Assembly: GCA_049287045.1 (NCBI GenBank)
Contig: JBAQFC010000001.1
Span: 3,309 to 67,308, forward strand
Direction of reading: 5' to 3'
DNA: 64,000 nucleotides
DNA from: Minisyncoccia bacterium
GTDB taxonomy: Bacteria; Patescibacteriota; Minisyncoccia; Phycocordibacterales; UBA9973
The position numbers were made by a program, and so were the translations under genes. How positions within the stretch are numbered: position 1 is the stretch's first letter; each line of letters opens with the position of its first letter. Positions 47,949 to 58,013 of this stretch are shown one piece after another. The notes below the pieces were generated by a model. That model saw only the letters and a list, made by a program, of their open reading frames with translations, did no database searches and was not told the origin of the DNA.

Positions 47949-48719
47949 ATGAAAGAAACAAGAATTATTATGGGCATGCCTGTAATAATAGAAATCCCTG
48001 ATGATTCTGTAGTTAAAGAAATATTTAATCTTATTTTTGATTATTTTTCTTATATTGATGAAAAATTTTCTCTTTATAAAGAAACAAGTGAAATAACAAA
48101 AATAAATAAAGGAGAAATTAAAGAAGATGAGTACAGTGAAGATATGAAGGAGGTTTTAAAGTTGTCTGAAGAAACAAAAAAAGAAACAGGTGGTTTTTTT
48201 GATATTATGAATAATGGATTATGTGATCCGTCTGGAATAGTAAAGGGTTGGGCTATTCATAATGCATCAGAAATTCTTCGCAGAAACAAAATTAAAAATT
48301 TTTATGTTGAAGCTGGAGGTGATATTGAGGTAGAAGGTAAAAATAATGATGGTAAACTTTGGGCTATAGGCATCGCTAATCCTTTTGATTTAAAACAAGT
48401 AGTAAAAGTTGTATACTTAGAAAATAAGGGGATTGCAACAAGTGGTACATATATACGCGGACAGCATATATATAACCCGAAAAAGTTTGCGGAAGTCGTT
48501 GCGGAAGTCGGACTTCCGCAGGACATAGTGAGTTTGACTGTTATTGGTCCGAATGCTTATGAAGCTGATCGTTTTGCTACAGCTGCCTTTGCGATGGGGA
48601 GAGAAGGAATTATTTTTATTGAGAATCTTCCCGGTTTTGAAGGATATATGATTGACAAAGACGGAATAGCGATAATGACAAACGGTTTTGAAAAATATTT
48701 GATACAAAAAAATGCTTAA
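47949..48719 (+). CDS. apbE: FAD:protein FMN transferase ApbE (no signal peptide)
   Basis: MGMPVIIEI, SEITKIN, GGFFDIMNNG, KGWAIHNASEIL, GGDIEVEG, WAIGIANP, ATSGTYIRGQHIYNP, EADRFATAAF motifs. Confidence 0.85.
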   Translation: MKETRIIMGMPVIIEIPDDSVVKEIFNLIFDYFSYIDEKFSLYKETSEITKINKGEIKEDEYSEDMKEVLKLSEETKKETGGFFDIMNNGLCDPSGIVKGWAIHNASEILRRNKIKNFYVEAGGDIEVEGKNNDGKLWAIGIANPFDLKQVVKVVYLENKGIATSGTYIRGQHIYNPKKFAEVVAEVGLPQDIVSLTVIGPNAYEADRFATAAFAMGREGIIFIENLPGFEGYMIDKDGIAIMTNGFEKYLIQKNA

Positions 48720-50244
48720 ATTTATAGATAATCTTTTAAATAGAATAACAATGTATCGTTTAGTTCTTTATTCGTTACTTTTTATATTTGCGGGAGCATT
48801 GGTGTTTTCTATCTTTGGAGTTTTACCTTTTAGTCCGGTCATGTTTCTGTTCGGTTCTCTTTTTATAATTTTTATTTGTTTAATTACAAATATTATATTT
48901 GCTTCAGTTTTTGATGTTCCGACAAATGTTGAGTCTGTATATATTACTGCTCTGATTTTAATCTTAGTTATTACTCCACCTCAAAATTTTCTTGATATAA
49001 CTTATTGGGGTTTTTTGTTTTGGGCTTCTGTTTGGAGTATGGCTTCTAAATATATTTTTGCAATTGGTAAAAAACATATTTTTAATCCCGTCGCTTTTGC
49101 CATTGTTTTGACTACGATCACCATTGGTCAATCAGCAAGCTGGTGGGTTGGTACATTAGTAATGACTCCTTTTGTTATTACCGGAGGTCTTCTTATTGCT
49201 AGAAAAGTAAGAAGGTTTGATATGGTATTTAGTTTTTTTGTTGTTGCATTGGCTATTACCATAGGAGTCCAAGCATTTGATTTTAATAGTGGATTAAATA
49301 TTGCATACAGGTTTATTTTAAACTCACCATTCTTATTCTTTGGTTTTATTATGCTGACCGAACCTCTGACTACTCCACCGACAAGATTTTTAAGGATGTG
49401 TTACGGTGCAATCTGTGGATTTTTGTTTCCTCCATTTATGCATATTGGAACGATATTTTCTACACCAGAAATATCACTCCTAATTGGAAATATATTTTCT
49501 TATGTCGTTAGTCCAAAGCAAAAACTTATTTTGGTTTTAAAGGAAAAAATAAAAATAGCACAGAATACTTATGAATTTGTTTTCTCTACTGATTATCCTT
49601 TTTATTTTAAACCCGGACAATATTTAGAATGGACTTTGGGTCATAAGTGGCCAGACTCAAGAGGGAATCGTAGATATTTTACTATTGCTTCTTCTCCTAC
49701 TGAAAAAGAGATAAGACTGGGAGTAAAATTTTATCCAGAAGGTAGTAGTTTTAAGAACAAACTTCTTAATATGAAAGAAGGCAAGGATACAATTATTGCT
49801 GCTCAATTAGCAGGAGAATTTATCTTGCCAAAAGATCCAAGTAAAAAACTTGTATTTATGGCAGGAGGAATTGGTGTTACACCGTTTCGAAGTATGATTA
49901 AGTATCTTATAGATATGAAACAGGAGAGAGATATTGTTATGTTCTATTCAAATAGAACTTCATCTGATATTGCTTATAAAGATATTCTTGATCAGGCGTT
50001 TGCAGAAATCGGAGTAAAAACTATTTATGCTATAACTGACCCAGTACTACCGGGTGAAGTTTGGAATGGCAAGGTTGGTTTCGTTGATGCAAAGATGGTA
50101 ATGCAAGAAGTTCCTGATTATTTAGATAGATATTTTTACCTTTCTGGTACGCATGGTATGGTAGAATCTTTTGAAAAGATGCTTTTGGGTATGGGTGTAA
50201 AATCAAGCCATATAAATAAAGATTTCTTTCCAGGATTCGCTTAA
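48712..50244 (+). CDS. polytopic membrane domain (RnfD/NqrB-like HxFNP motif) fused to a C-terminal FAD-binding / NAD(P)H-binding oxidoreductase module (ferric-reductase/NOX-type GIGVTPF)
   Basis: about 8 TM N-domain with KHIFNPVAFA; C-terminal RRYFTIASSP (FAD) and GGIGVTPFRSM (NAD) motifs. Confidence 0.6.
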   Translation: MLKFIDNLLNRITMYRLVLYSLLFIFAGALVFSIFGVLPFSPVMFLFGSLFIIFICLITNIIFASVFDVPTNVESVYITALILILVITPPQNFLDITYWGFLFWASVWSMASKYIFAIGKKHIFNPVAFAIVLTTITIGQSASWWVGTLVMTPFVITGGLLIARKVRRFDMVFSFFVVALAITIGVQAFDFNSGLNIAYRFILNSPFLFFGFIMLTEPLTTPPTRFLRMCYGAICGFLFPPFMHIGTIFSTPEISLLIGNIFSYVVSPKQKLILVLKEKIKIAQNTYEFVFSTDYPFYFKPGQYLEWTLGHKWPDSRGNRRYFTIASSPTEKEIRLGVKFYPEGSSFKNKLLNMKEGKDTIIAAQLAGEFILPKDPSKKLVFMAGGIGVTPFRSMIKYLIDMKQERDIVMFYSNRTSSDIAYKDILDQAFAEIGVKTIYAITDPVLPGEVWNGKVGFVDAKMVMQEVPDYLDRYFYLSGTHGMVESFEKMLLGMGVKSSHINKDFFPGFA

Positions 50245-50252
50245 GATATAAA

Positions 50253-50804
50253 ATGGAAAATAAAGATACAGAATTAATAGATTCATACCTCTCTGGTGAT
50301 GACAATGCTCTAAAAGAACTTATCGGTAAATATACTCCCCAAATTTATAACTTTGTCAGGCGTTTTGTTGGAGTAAATGAAGCTGATGATATTACTCAAG
50401 AAGTTTTTATAAAAGTTTGGAAAAACTTAAAAAAATTTAATGTGGATAAATCAAGTTTCAAAACTTGGATATTTACTATAGCTAGAAATACAGTCATTGA
50501 TTTCATGCGCAAAAGGAAAATTGTTTTATTTTCAAGTTTAGACAATGAAGAAAATTTTTCAGAATCTATAGAGGATGAAGCAATCTTACCAGACGAAGTA
50601 ATACAAAAATTACAAGATGTGGATTTATTGAATTCATTATTAGAAAAATTACCAGAACAATATAGAACAGTTTTAGTTTTACATTATCAAGAAGATATGA
50701 CTTTTGATGAAATATCACAAGTCCTCAATAAACCATCAAATACAGTAAAAAGCCACCATCTTCGGGCAATTTCACAATTAAGAAGGATGATTGCACCCAA
50801 ATAG
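50253..50804 (+). CDS. ECF-family RNA polymerase sigma factor
   Basis: sigma70 region 2 (YNFVRRFVG...DDITQEVFIKVW) and region 4 (MTFDEISQVLNKPSNTVKS). Confidence 0.8.
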   Translation: MENKDTELIDSYLSGDDNALKELIGKYTPQIYNFVRRFVGVNEADDITQEVFIKVWKNLKKFNVDKSSFKTWIFTIARNTVIDFMRKRKIVLFSSLDNEENFSESIEDEAILPDEVIQKLQDVDLLNSLLEKLPEQYRTVLVLHYQEDMTFDEISQVLNKPSNTVKSHHLRAISQLRRMIAPK

Positions 50805-50827
50805 ACTTAGCTTACGTATATAAAGGT

Positions 50828-51229
50828 ATGGATAGTAATATTACAAAAGCCTTTAAAAGAGCCTCATATTTACCTGAAAATAACCTTTCGAAGTCTATTT
50901 TTCTTACTCTTTCTCTTAGGGAAAAAAGGAACAATCAAATAAAACTTTGGATTTATTCAATAACTGGAATTTTTTCTATTTCTGGTTTTTCCTTAATGAT
51001 TAAACAGTTAGTCTCTGATTTTTCTAACTCTGGTTTTTATGATTATTTAGCTTTGTTATTTTCAAATAGCAAAGCCTTGTTTTATTGGAAAGAAATCGTT
51101 TTATCTTTAACTGAATCTTTGCCAGTAACTAATATAGCTATAACTCTAGTTTTGGTTTTTATTTTTATATTGTCCTTACGTTTTATGTCACACAATATTC
51201 GTATACGTAATAAATTATTAATAGCATAG
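50828..51229 (+). CDS. putative anti-sigma factor / small two-TM membrane protein
   Basis: position immediately after the ECF sigma; two hydrophobic helices. Confidence 0.35.
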   Translation: MDSNITKAFKRASYLPENNLSKSIFLTLSLREKRNNQIKLWIYSITGIFSISGFSLMIKQLVSDFSNSGFYDYLALLFSNSKALFYWKEIVLSLTESLPVTNIAITLVLVFIFILSLRFMSHNIRIRNKLLIA

Positions 51230-51239
51230 TTTTATTTTT

Positions 51240-51764
51240 ATGAAAGAAATTAAAGAAAAAATTAAAAAAGTTTTTGAGTCAAAAATGGTCCTTAAGATTT
51301 TATTAATTTTAGGTATTTTAGTTGTTGCTGCATTTATTTTTCAGGCAGGTTTTTTTGTTGGTTTTCGCAAAGCTTCATTTGGTCGTGATTGGGGTGAAAA
51401 TTACGGACGTAATTTTGGGATGATGAATGGACGTGGTGGTTTTGGTGGAATGATGGGGAATTTCCCTAATGCTCATGGTGCTATTGGTAAAATTATAAAA
51501 ATTGAATTACCAATTCTTATTGTCCAAGATAAAGATAATATTGAAAAGATTGTAATTGTAACTAATGATACAAAAATTATAAATATAAGAAATGAAGACA
51601 ATATACAAGATCTAAAAATAGATGAAAATATTGTTGTTATCGGGACTCCAAATTCACAAGGACAGATTGAGGCTAAATTAATAAGAATTATGCCTTTTCC
51701 AGCAATAGTTCCTCTTAACAATATAAATATACCAATCCAAGTTAACAGTCAAATTAAACAATAA
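51240..51764 (+). CDS. Gly-rich secreted/membrane-anchored protein (paralog of 55582-56034)
   Basis: N-terminal TM; GRGGFGGMMG stretch; C-terminal beta-rich domain shared with the 55582 protein. Confidence 0.35.
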   Translation: MKEIKEKIKKVFESKMVLKILLILGILVVAAFIFQAGFFVGFRKASFGRDWGENYGRNFGMMNGRGGFGGMMGNFPNAHGAIGKIIKIELPILIVQDKDNIEKIVIVTNDTKIINIRNEDNIQDLKIDENIVVIGTPNSQGQIEAKLIRIMPFPAIVPLNNINIPIQVNSQIKQ

Positions 51765-51766
51765 TT

Positions 51767-53464
51767 ATGGAAACAACAAAACCAAGTACATTCGTTAAAA
51801 AAAATAAGAATTATATTATGAATCATAAAATAATGAGCTTCATTGTTATTTTGGTAGTTGTTTGGATTGGATATTGGGGATATGGGAAATATAATAGTAC
51901 TACAGGTGACAATCGCTATGTTTCTTCTGCTGTTACTAAGGGAACTATTATTACTTCTATTACCGGAAGTGGACAAATTTCCGCTTCAAACCAAATTGAT
52001 TTGAAACCAAGAGCATCCGGTAATACGAATGTTTCTGGAAATATTACAAACATTGCTGTGAGTATTAATGATAAGGTTAAACAAGGTCAGCTTCTTTTTT
52101 CTTTAGACGATCGGGATGCTCAAAAGGCAGTTCGAAATGCTGAAACTAGTTTAGAAACTGCTAAACTTGAATTAGAAAAATTTCAACAGGCTCCTAATAC
52201 AGTAGATGTGTTAACAATCAAGAAAGCTATAACTGATGCAGAAAATTTAAAGCTTGACGCAGAAAAAGCAGTTAAAGATAAATACAGAGATTTGCTTAAT
52301 ACTTCTATCGTTGCATTATCAATGAATCCATCTGACACTCAAGCTTCACCTATAATTAGTGGAACATACATCAAAGGTCAGGAAGTAACTATTTTTATTA
52401 ATATTTATCAAACAGGGAATGGGGCATATTATAATGCAAATAGTACACCAAGTGGAATCGTAAATGGATCAGGCGATGCGACTTCTTTGTTCCCTCAACC
52501 TATTGGTGATTCAGGACTTTATATTAAATTTGCATCCAATTCTTCTAGCCAACTTGGTTGGACAATTACTCTTCCCAATAAATCTGTAGCTGCTTATAAT
52601 ACAAATTTGATTGCCTATCAAGATGCAGTCGATAATCAAAAAAAGGTAAATGATACTGCAGATCTTACTATCGCCCAAAATAATAAAAAACTTGATGATC
52701 TTTATAATCCAAATGCTCTTGATTTACGTTCTAAGCAGTTGGTTGTTGAACAAGCACAAAATACTCTTGATGACGCCAAACAATCATTGAAGGATTATTC
52801 TGTGACCGCACCATTTTCAGGAGTTATTTCATCTTTACCTGTACAGCAAGGGGAGTTAGTTACTTCTAGTACTGTTTTAGCTACATTGATTACTGAAAAG
52901 AAATTTGCTGAAATTTCTCTTAACGAGGTAGATATGGTTGGAATAAAATTAAGAGAAAAAACTACTCTAACTTTTGATGCAATCCCAGACTTTTCAATTG
53001 TTGGAGAGGTGGCAGAAATCGACACAATTGGTACAGTATCACAAGGAGTAGTTACATATAATGTCAAAATTAGTTTTGATACAAAGGATGCAAGAATTAA
53101 ACCCGGAATGAGTGTTTCAGCTTCTATCGTTACAAATATTAAACAAGATGTTTTAGTTGTACCAAATAGTGCTGTAAAAACTCAAGGAAGTTCAAAATAT
53201 GTTGAAATGTTTGATATACCATTAGTTCCACCAATAGACGGATTACCTGGTTCTATTTCATTAATTCCTCCCAATAAAATTACAGTAGTAGTCGGAGTTT
53301 CAAATGATTCAGAAACTGAAATAATTTCAGGACTAAAAGAAGGAGATGAAGTTGTGACAAGAACCATTTTACCGACAGCTGTAAAAACAACAACTGCCCC
53401 TAGTATATTAAGTGGTGCCGGAAGTGGAAATAGAGGTGGAACTGTAAGAATTCCAGGACAATAA
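51767..53464 (+). CDS. efflux membrane-fusion (HlyD/MacA-like periplasmic adaptor) protein
   Basis: N-terminal TM; biotinyl/lipoyl-like hairpin (VKQGQLLFSLD); coiled coil; beta-barrel domain. Confidence 0.7.
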   Translation: METTKPSTFVKKNKNYIMNHKIMSFIVILVVVWIGYWGYGKYNSTTGDNRYVSSAVTKGTIITSITGSGQISASNQIDLKPRASGNTNVSGNITNIAVSINDKVKQGQLLFSLDDRDAQKAVRNAETSLETAKLELEKFQQAPNTVDVLTIKKAITDAENLKLDAEKAVKDKYRDLLNTSIVALSMNPSDTQASPIISGTYIKGQEVTIFINIYQTGNGAYYNANSTPSGIVNGSGDATSLFPQPIGDSGLYIKFASNSSSQLGWTITLPNKSVAAYNTNLIAYQDAVDNQKKVNDTADLTIAQNNKKLDDLYNPNALDLRSKQLVVEQAQNTLDDAKQSLKDYSVTAPFSGVISSLPVQQGELVTSSTVLATLITEKKFAEISLNEVDMVGIKLREKTTLTFDAIPDFSIVGEVAEIDTIGTVSQGVVTYNVKISFDTKDARIKPGMSVSASIVTNIKQDVLVVPNSAVKTQGSSKYVEMFDIPLVPPIDGLPGSISLIPPNKITVVVGVSNDSETEIISGLKEGDEVVTRTILPTAVKTTTAPSILSGAGSGNRGGTVRIPGQ

Positions 53465-53538
53465 AAATTACTTGTCCCGTTAAAATTCAGGGGATTTAGA
53501 ATTAACAAAATATTTACTAATTAAAAATTTTTAATGGG

Positions 53539-54255
53539 ATGATTGAGATAAAAGATATTACAAAAACATACAAGTCAGGGGATATGGAATTTCAGGCCTT
53601 GAAAGGTGTAAGTTTTACCATTCAGGACGGTGAATTTGTTGCAATTATGGGACCTTCTGGGTCTGGTAAATCAACATTGATGCATATTTTAGGGGCTCTC
53701 GATAATCCAACCAGCGGAAGTTATTTTTTGGATGGTCAGGATGTTTCAACTCTTACTGATGATGAACTCGCAGATATTCGTAAAGATAAAATTGGTTTCG
53801 TTTTTCAATCTTTTAATTTATTGCCTCGTACAACAGTACTTCGAAATGTAATGCTACCTCTTATTTATGAGGGTGTAGAAGTTGAAGAAAGAGAAAAGCG
53901 TGCCAAGGAAGCACTTTTTTCTGCAGGTCTTAATGAGTCACATTTTTACCATTTATCCAATCAACTTTCTGGTGGTCAAATTCAACGTGTTGCTATTGCG
54001 CGAGCTCTGGTAAATAATCCGTCCTTAATTTTAGCAGATGAGCCGACGGGAAATCTTGATTCTAAAACTGGAGAAATAGTTTTAGGAACTTTTCAAAGAT
54101 TAAACAAAGAATACGGTAGAACAATTATATTAATAACTCACGAGCAATATATTGCTGAACATGCTGATAGAATTTTATTTATTCATGATGGTGTGCTCAC
54201 CGAAAATGAGAATGGTCATTCCAAAAGAGTTATAAAAGAAGTTACTACGTTTTAA
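53539..54255 (+). CDS. ABC transporter ATP-binding protein (MacB/LolD type)
   Basis: Walker [10 protein letters not shown], signature [15 protein letters not shown], Walker [12 protein letters not shown]. Confidence 0.9.
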   Translation: MIEIKDITKTYKSGDMEFQALKGVSFTIQDGEFVAIMGPSGSGKSTLMHILGALDNPTSGSYFLDGQDVSTLTDDELADIRKDKIGFVFQSFNLLPRTTVLRNVMLPLIYEGVEVEEREKRAKEALFSAGLNESHFYHLSNQLSGGQIQRVAIARALVNNPSLILADEPTGNLDSKTGEIVLGTFQRLNKEYGRTIILITHEQYIAEHADRILFIHDGVLTENENGHSKRVIKEVTTF

Positions 54256-54286
54256 TTGTCATTAGAATAATAATTTTTTAAATAAT

Positions 54287-55510
54287 ATGAACTTATCAGA
54301 CATAATACATGAAACATCTAGCGCTTTATTTGCGAACAAAATCCGTACAGGACTTACAATGCTCGGAATTGTAATTGGTATTGCTTCGGTTATTGCAATG
54401 ACTGCAATTGGTCAAGGTGCGCAGAATTCAATATCAGCAAGTATTGAATCAATTGGTGCAAATTTGGTGATGGTTATGCCCGGAGCAGCACGTACTTTTG
54501 GTGGACCAAGTGCTGGACGTGGAGGAGCTCAGTCGTTAACAGTAGGGGATGCTGACGCTATTGTGTCAGGAGTTTCTGGTGTGATGGGTGTAGCTCGTCA
54601 GGTGACTTCTCGTAAACAAGTTGTTGGTGTTGGTTCTAATACTAATACAAATATTATAGGCACAGAGCCGTCATATTCTACGATTAGAAATGTCTCTATT
54701 GATGAAGGTGTATTTTTGTCAGAACAAAATATTTCAAGTGGTTCAAAAGTTGCTGTATTAGGTCCAACCACTCGAGATGACCTTTTTGGTGTAGGAACTA
54801 CAGATGTAGTGGGTAAAAAAATTCGTATTTCTGGTAGTGAATATTTGGTTATTGGTATAACTAAATTAAAAGGAGGCTCCGGTTTTAGTAATAGTGACGA
54901 TGTAATATACATTCCGTATACTACGGCTCAAAGATACCTTACTGGAAATGACTATTTAAGTGAAATAGATGTTTCAGCTACTAGTTCTGGTGTATCAGCT
55001 CAGGTACAATCTGATGTTACTTCTTTATTAATGAACCGTCATAATATTTCTGATCCAACTAAGGCTGATTTTAATACTATGAATCAGGCCGATATTATTG
55101 CGACTGCTTCTTCGGTAACTGGGACATTTACTATGTTTCTTGCTGCAGTTGCCGGTATTTCTCTTTTAGTTGGTGGAATCGGAATTATGAATATGATGTT
55201 AACAACAGTGACGGAACGCACAAGAGAAATTGGTTTACGTAAAGCAATCGGTGCAAAAAGAAAGGACATCAATACTCAGTTTTTATTGGAAGCAGTTATG
55301 CTTACTTTTATAAGTGGAGTGATAGGCGTGATTTTGGGGTGGATAATATCTATGGCTGTAACATACTCCGGAATTGTTCAAACTCAGGTATCCCTTTCGA
55401 CTGTTCTTTTAGCTTTCGGTGTTTCGGCCGCAATTGGAATTGTCTTTGGATATTATCCTGCGCGTCGAGCAGCAAGTTTAAATCCGATTGATGCATTGAG
55501 GTATGAATAA
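54287..55510 (+). CDS. ABC transporter permease (MacB/FtsX-family, 4 TM plus large periplasmic domain)
   Basis: N-terminal TM, MacB_PCD-like domain, C-terminal FtsX 3-TM domain. Confidence 0.85.
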   Translation: MNLSDIIHETSSALFANKIRTGLTMLGIVIGIASVIAMTAIGQGAQNSISASIESIGANLVMVMPGAARTFGGPSAGRGGAQSLTVGDADAIVSGVSGVMGVARQVTSRKQVVGVGSNTNTNIIGTEPSYSTIRNVSIDEGVFLSEQNISSGSKVAVLGPTTRDDLFGVGTTDVVGKKIRISGSEYLVIGITKLKGGSGFSNSDDVIYIPYTTAQRYLTGNDYLSEIDVSATSSGVSAQVQSDVTSLLMNRHNISDPTKADFNTMNQADIIATASSVTGTFTMFLAAVAGISLLVGGIGIMNMMLTTVTERTREIGLRKAIGAKRKDINTQFLLEAVMLTFISGVIGVILGWIISMAVTYSGIVQTQVSLSTVLLAFGVSAAIGIVFGYYPARRAASLNPIDALRYE

Positions 55511-55581
55511 AATTTCCGTCTCGTCGACGGATTCGCCGTGGAGGCTAAATTATAAGATTAGTATTTAAAAATTAAAAAAAT

Positions 55582-56034
55582 ATGAATAAAATAGAAAATA
55601 AAAAAAATGTAATGATCGTAGTAGGAATTATAGTTTTAGTCGGAGTATTTTATGTAGGAATGTCTTACGGTAAAAGTAAAATACCTTCTAGAGGTCAGGG
55701 AGGACAAGGTGCTCAAATTTTTGGCCAGAATGGTAGAAGTGCTGCTGGTGGTGTAAGGGGTGGAGGTTCTTTTGGTAGTATGACTGCTGGTGAAATCCTT
55801 TCCAAGGACGCACAAAGTATGACCGTAAAACTCAGAGATGGTAGCTCTAAGATAGTTTTTTATACAGATAAAATATCTGTTGAAAAAAATGTTAGTGGAA
55901 CTTCTTCTGATTTAGTTGTTGGTAAACAAATAAGTGTAACTGGTACAACAAACTCAGATGGTAGTATAACTGCTCAATCTGTTCAAATCAGACCAGCAAT
56001 GTCTGTTATTACTGCTCCTGCTGTAACACAGTAA
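55582..56034 (+). CDS. Gly-rich secreted/membrane-anchored protein (paralog of 51240-51764)
   Basis: N-terminal TM, GGVRGGGSFGSM stretch, similar C-terminal domain. Confidence 0.35.
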   Translation: MNKIENKKNVMIVVGIIVLVGVFYVGMSYGKSKIPSRGQGGQGAQIFGQNGRSAAGGVRGGGSFGSMTAGEILSKDAQSMTVKLRDGSSKIVFYTDKISVEKNVSGTSSDLVVGKQISVTGTTNSDGSITAQSVQIRPAMSVITAPAVTQ

Positions 56035-56100
56035 TTATTGAAAATACGAAAGAAATGTAGTAACATACGTGGGTACTTTTTAGTATCCACAATTTTTTAT

Positions 56101-56173
56101 GCCGTTGTAGCTCAGTTGGTAGAGCACGATATTGGTAATATCGAGGTCATCGGTTCAATCCCGATCAACGGCT
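56101..56173 (+). tRNA. tRNA-Thr (anticodon GGT)
   Basis: manual cloverleaf: GCCGTTG/CAACGGC acceptor, GCTC/GAGC D-stem, CGATA-TTGGTAA-TATCG, ATCGG-TTCAATC-CCGAT. Confidence 0.85.
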
Positions 56174-56193
56174 CATTTTTAAGTAAAACATAA

Positions 56194-56454
56194 ATGAATA
56201 AATATCTTCAAGTTCCAGATTCAATAATAGACTTGCATGGATACACGACAGCTGAAGCACGGGATATTTTGGACGATGTTTTAGGAGGGGATGACAAACA
56301 TATACGTATTATTACTGGAAAGGGTAAACATAGTGAAAATGGCCCAGTTCTTAGAGATTTCGTAAAAAATTATTTAGATTCTAGAAGGGTTAGATTTAAC
56401 CAATCAAAAATTCAAGATGGTGGTGAAGGTTCTCTTGAGGTTTTTTTGAATTAA
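56194..56454 (+). CDS. Smr-domain protein
   Basis: IDLHGYTTAEA...IRIITGKGKHSENGPVL motif. Confidence 0.7.
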   Translation: MNKYLQVPDSIIDLHGYTTAEARDILDDVLGGDDKHIRIITGKGKHSENGPVLRDFVKNYLDSRRVRFNQSKIQDGGEGSLEVFLN

Positions 56455-56538
56455 AAAAATATTGTTTTATTATTTGACTATTAAATTTTATAGTATGCTA
56501 TAATTAATGCATTCAAAGATGATACATGTCGTTCTTTT

Positions 56539-57987
56539 TTGTTTTTAATTATTAATAAATCGTCATCTTTTAAAAATATGAAAATATTAAACAAGGTTTC
56601 TATTGCGTCCGTCTTGGTTTTTGCTTTCGTTTTAGGTTTTACTGGATCATCTACTGCAAATGCAGCTGGTCCTTCGGTAGTCAATCTTGGATCAGCAGGT
56701 GATTTTGTCCTTCTTGGAAAAACAGGAATCTCAACTACTGGGACAACTGCAATCACAGGAGATATTGGAGTCAGCCCTGCCGCAGCGACTTATATCACTG
56801 GATTTGGATTAATAATGGACACCTCAAATACATTCTCAACATCTTCTCTTGTTACAGGTAAAGTTTATGCAGCTGATTATACTGCTCCAACTCCAACTAA
56901 GATGACTACAGCTATCAGTAATATGGAAACTGCTTACACTGATGCTGCAGGAAGAACAAATCCAACTGCAACTGAATTGGGCTCCGGAAATATTGGTGGA
57001 TTAACAATTGCACCTGGACTCTACAAATGGGGTACTTCTGTGATAGTGCCGACTGATGTTACTTTATCAGGAAGCACAAACGATGTTTGGATTTTCCAGA
57101 TAGCACAAGATCTTTCTTTAAGTTCTGGTGTTCATATCAATTTGGCTGGTGGTGCAAAAGCTGAAAATATTTTCTGGCAGGTGGCTGGTCAAACAACCTT
57201 AGGAACAACTTCTGTTTTTAACGGAAATATTTTAGACCAAACAGCTGTTGTATTTAATACTGGCGCAACATTAAATGGTAGAGCTCTTGCACAAACTGCT
57301 GTTACATTGGATTCAAATTCTGTAATTATTCCCGCAGTTGTTTCTGTAACTCCAACCCCAGAAGTAACACCAACACCTGTAGTTACACCAACTACTACAG
57401 TAAATACGACCGTAACACCTACATCAACAACTATAACTCCAGTCACAACTGTTACAGCTGCCACAGGTTGTCTACAAGGAAATGCTTTTAATACAGCCAC
57501 TGGTGCTTCTTGTACTCCTCCTATTTCTGCAAGTGAAGGTTGTCTGCAAGGTAATATGTTTAACACAGTTACAGGTACTGCTTGTACTTCCGTTGTTGTC
57601 TCTGTTGACACAGGTTGTTTACAAGGAAATAAATTTAGTATAACTACAGGAAATACTTGTACTTCTTTCGTTCCTAATGTTTCTACTAATACTACTACTT
57701 CAACTGTATCAACTACCACTACTCCAGCCAATTTTGGCCAACTAATAAAATCAATTGCTGTTAATCTTAATATGGGTAGCAAAGGAGATTTAGTAAGAAG
57801 TCTTCAAGAGTTTCTAATTTCACAAGACAAAGGTCCTAAAGCAAAAGCTCTAGATGCCCACGGTACAACTTTAAACTTTGGATCTTTAACTAAAGCAGCT
57901 TTGGCTGAGTGGCAAGAAGCTGTTGGTATTTCTCCAGCGCTAGGAAACTTTGGACCAATAACTCGAACTTTTATAAGTGCAAATTAA
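56539..57987 (+). CDS. secreted DUF3494 (ice-binding-like beta-solenoid) protein with three tandem 20-aa Cys repeats (GCLQGNxFNTxTGxxCT) and a C-terminal peptidoglycan-binding (PGBD-like) domain
   Basis: signal peptide; NLGSAGDFVLLGKTGISTTGTTAITGDIGVSPAAATYITGF; three 60-bp DNA repeats at 57467-57650; C-terminal LVRSLQEFL...AALAEWQ. Confidence 0.55.
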   Translation: MFLIINKSSSFKNMKILNKVSIASVLVFAFVLGFTGSSTANAAGPSVVNLGSAGDFVLLGKTGISTTGTTAITGDIGVSPAAATYITGFGLIMDTSNTFSTSSLVTGKVYAADYTAPTPTKMTTAISNMETAYTDAAGRTNPTATELGSGNIGGLTIAPGLYKWGTSVIVPTDVTLSGSTNDVWIFQIAQDLSLSSGVHINLAGGAKAENIFWQVAGQTTLGTTSVFNGNILDQTAVVFNTGATLNGRALAQTAVTLDSNSVIIPAVVSVTPTPEVTPTPVVTPTTTVNTTVTPTSTTITPVTTVTAATGCLQGNAFNTATGASCTPPISASEGCLQGNMFNTVTGTACTSVVVSVDTGCLQGNKFSITTGNTCTSFVPNVSTNTTTSTVSTTTTPANFGQLIKSIAVNLNMGSKGDLVRSLQEFLISQDKGPKAKALDAHGTTLNFGSLTKAALAEWQEAVGISPALGNFGPITRTFISAN

Positions 57988-58013
57988 TTATAATTATTAG
58001 CGTCGCGTTTTGA

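Noticed and set aside
48487-48517. Tandem gcggaagtcg repeat plus 19-nt palindrome gcggaagtcggacttccgc inside apbE
   Set aside because: It is in-frame coding (AEVVAEVGLPQ) inside a conserved domain and is probably a small coding duplication, with no evidence of function as an element.
57467-57650. Three tandem about 60-bp repeats, considered as a possible CRISPR-like array
   Set aside because: They are in-frame coding repeats (GCLQGNxFNTxTGxxCT) inside the DUF3494 protein with no spacer/repeat alternation. They are not CRISPR.
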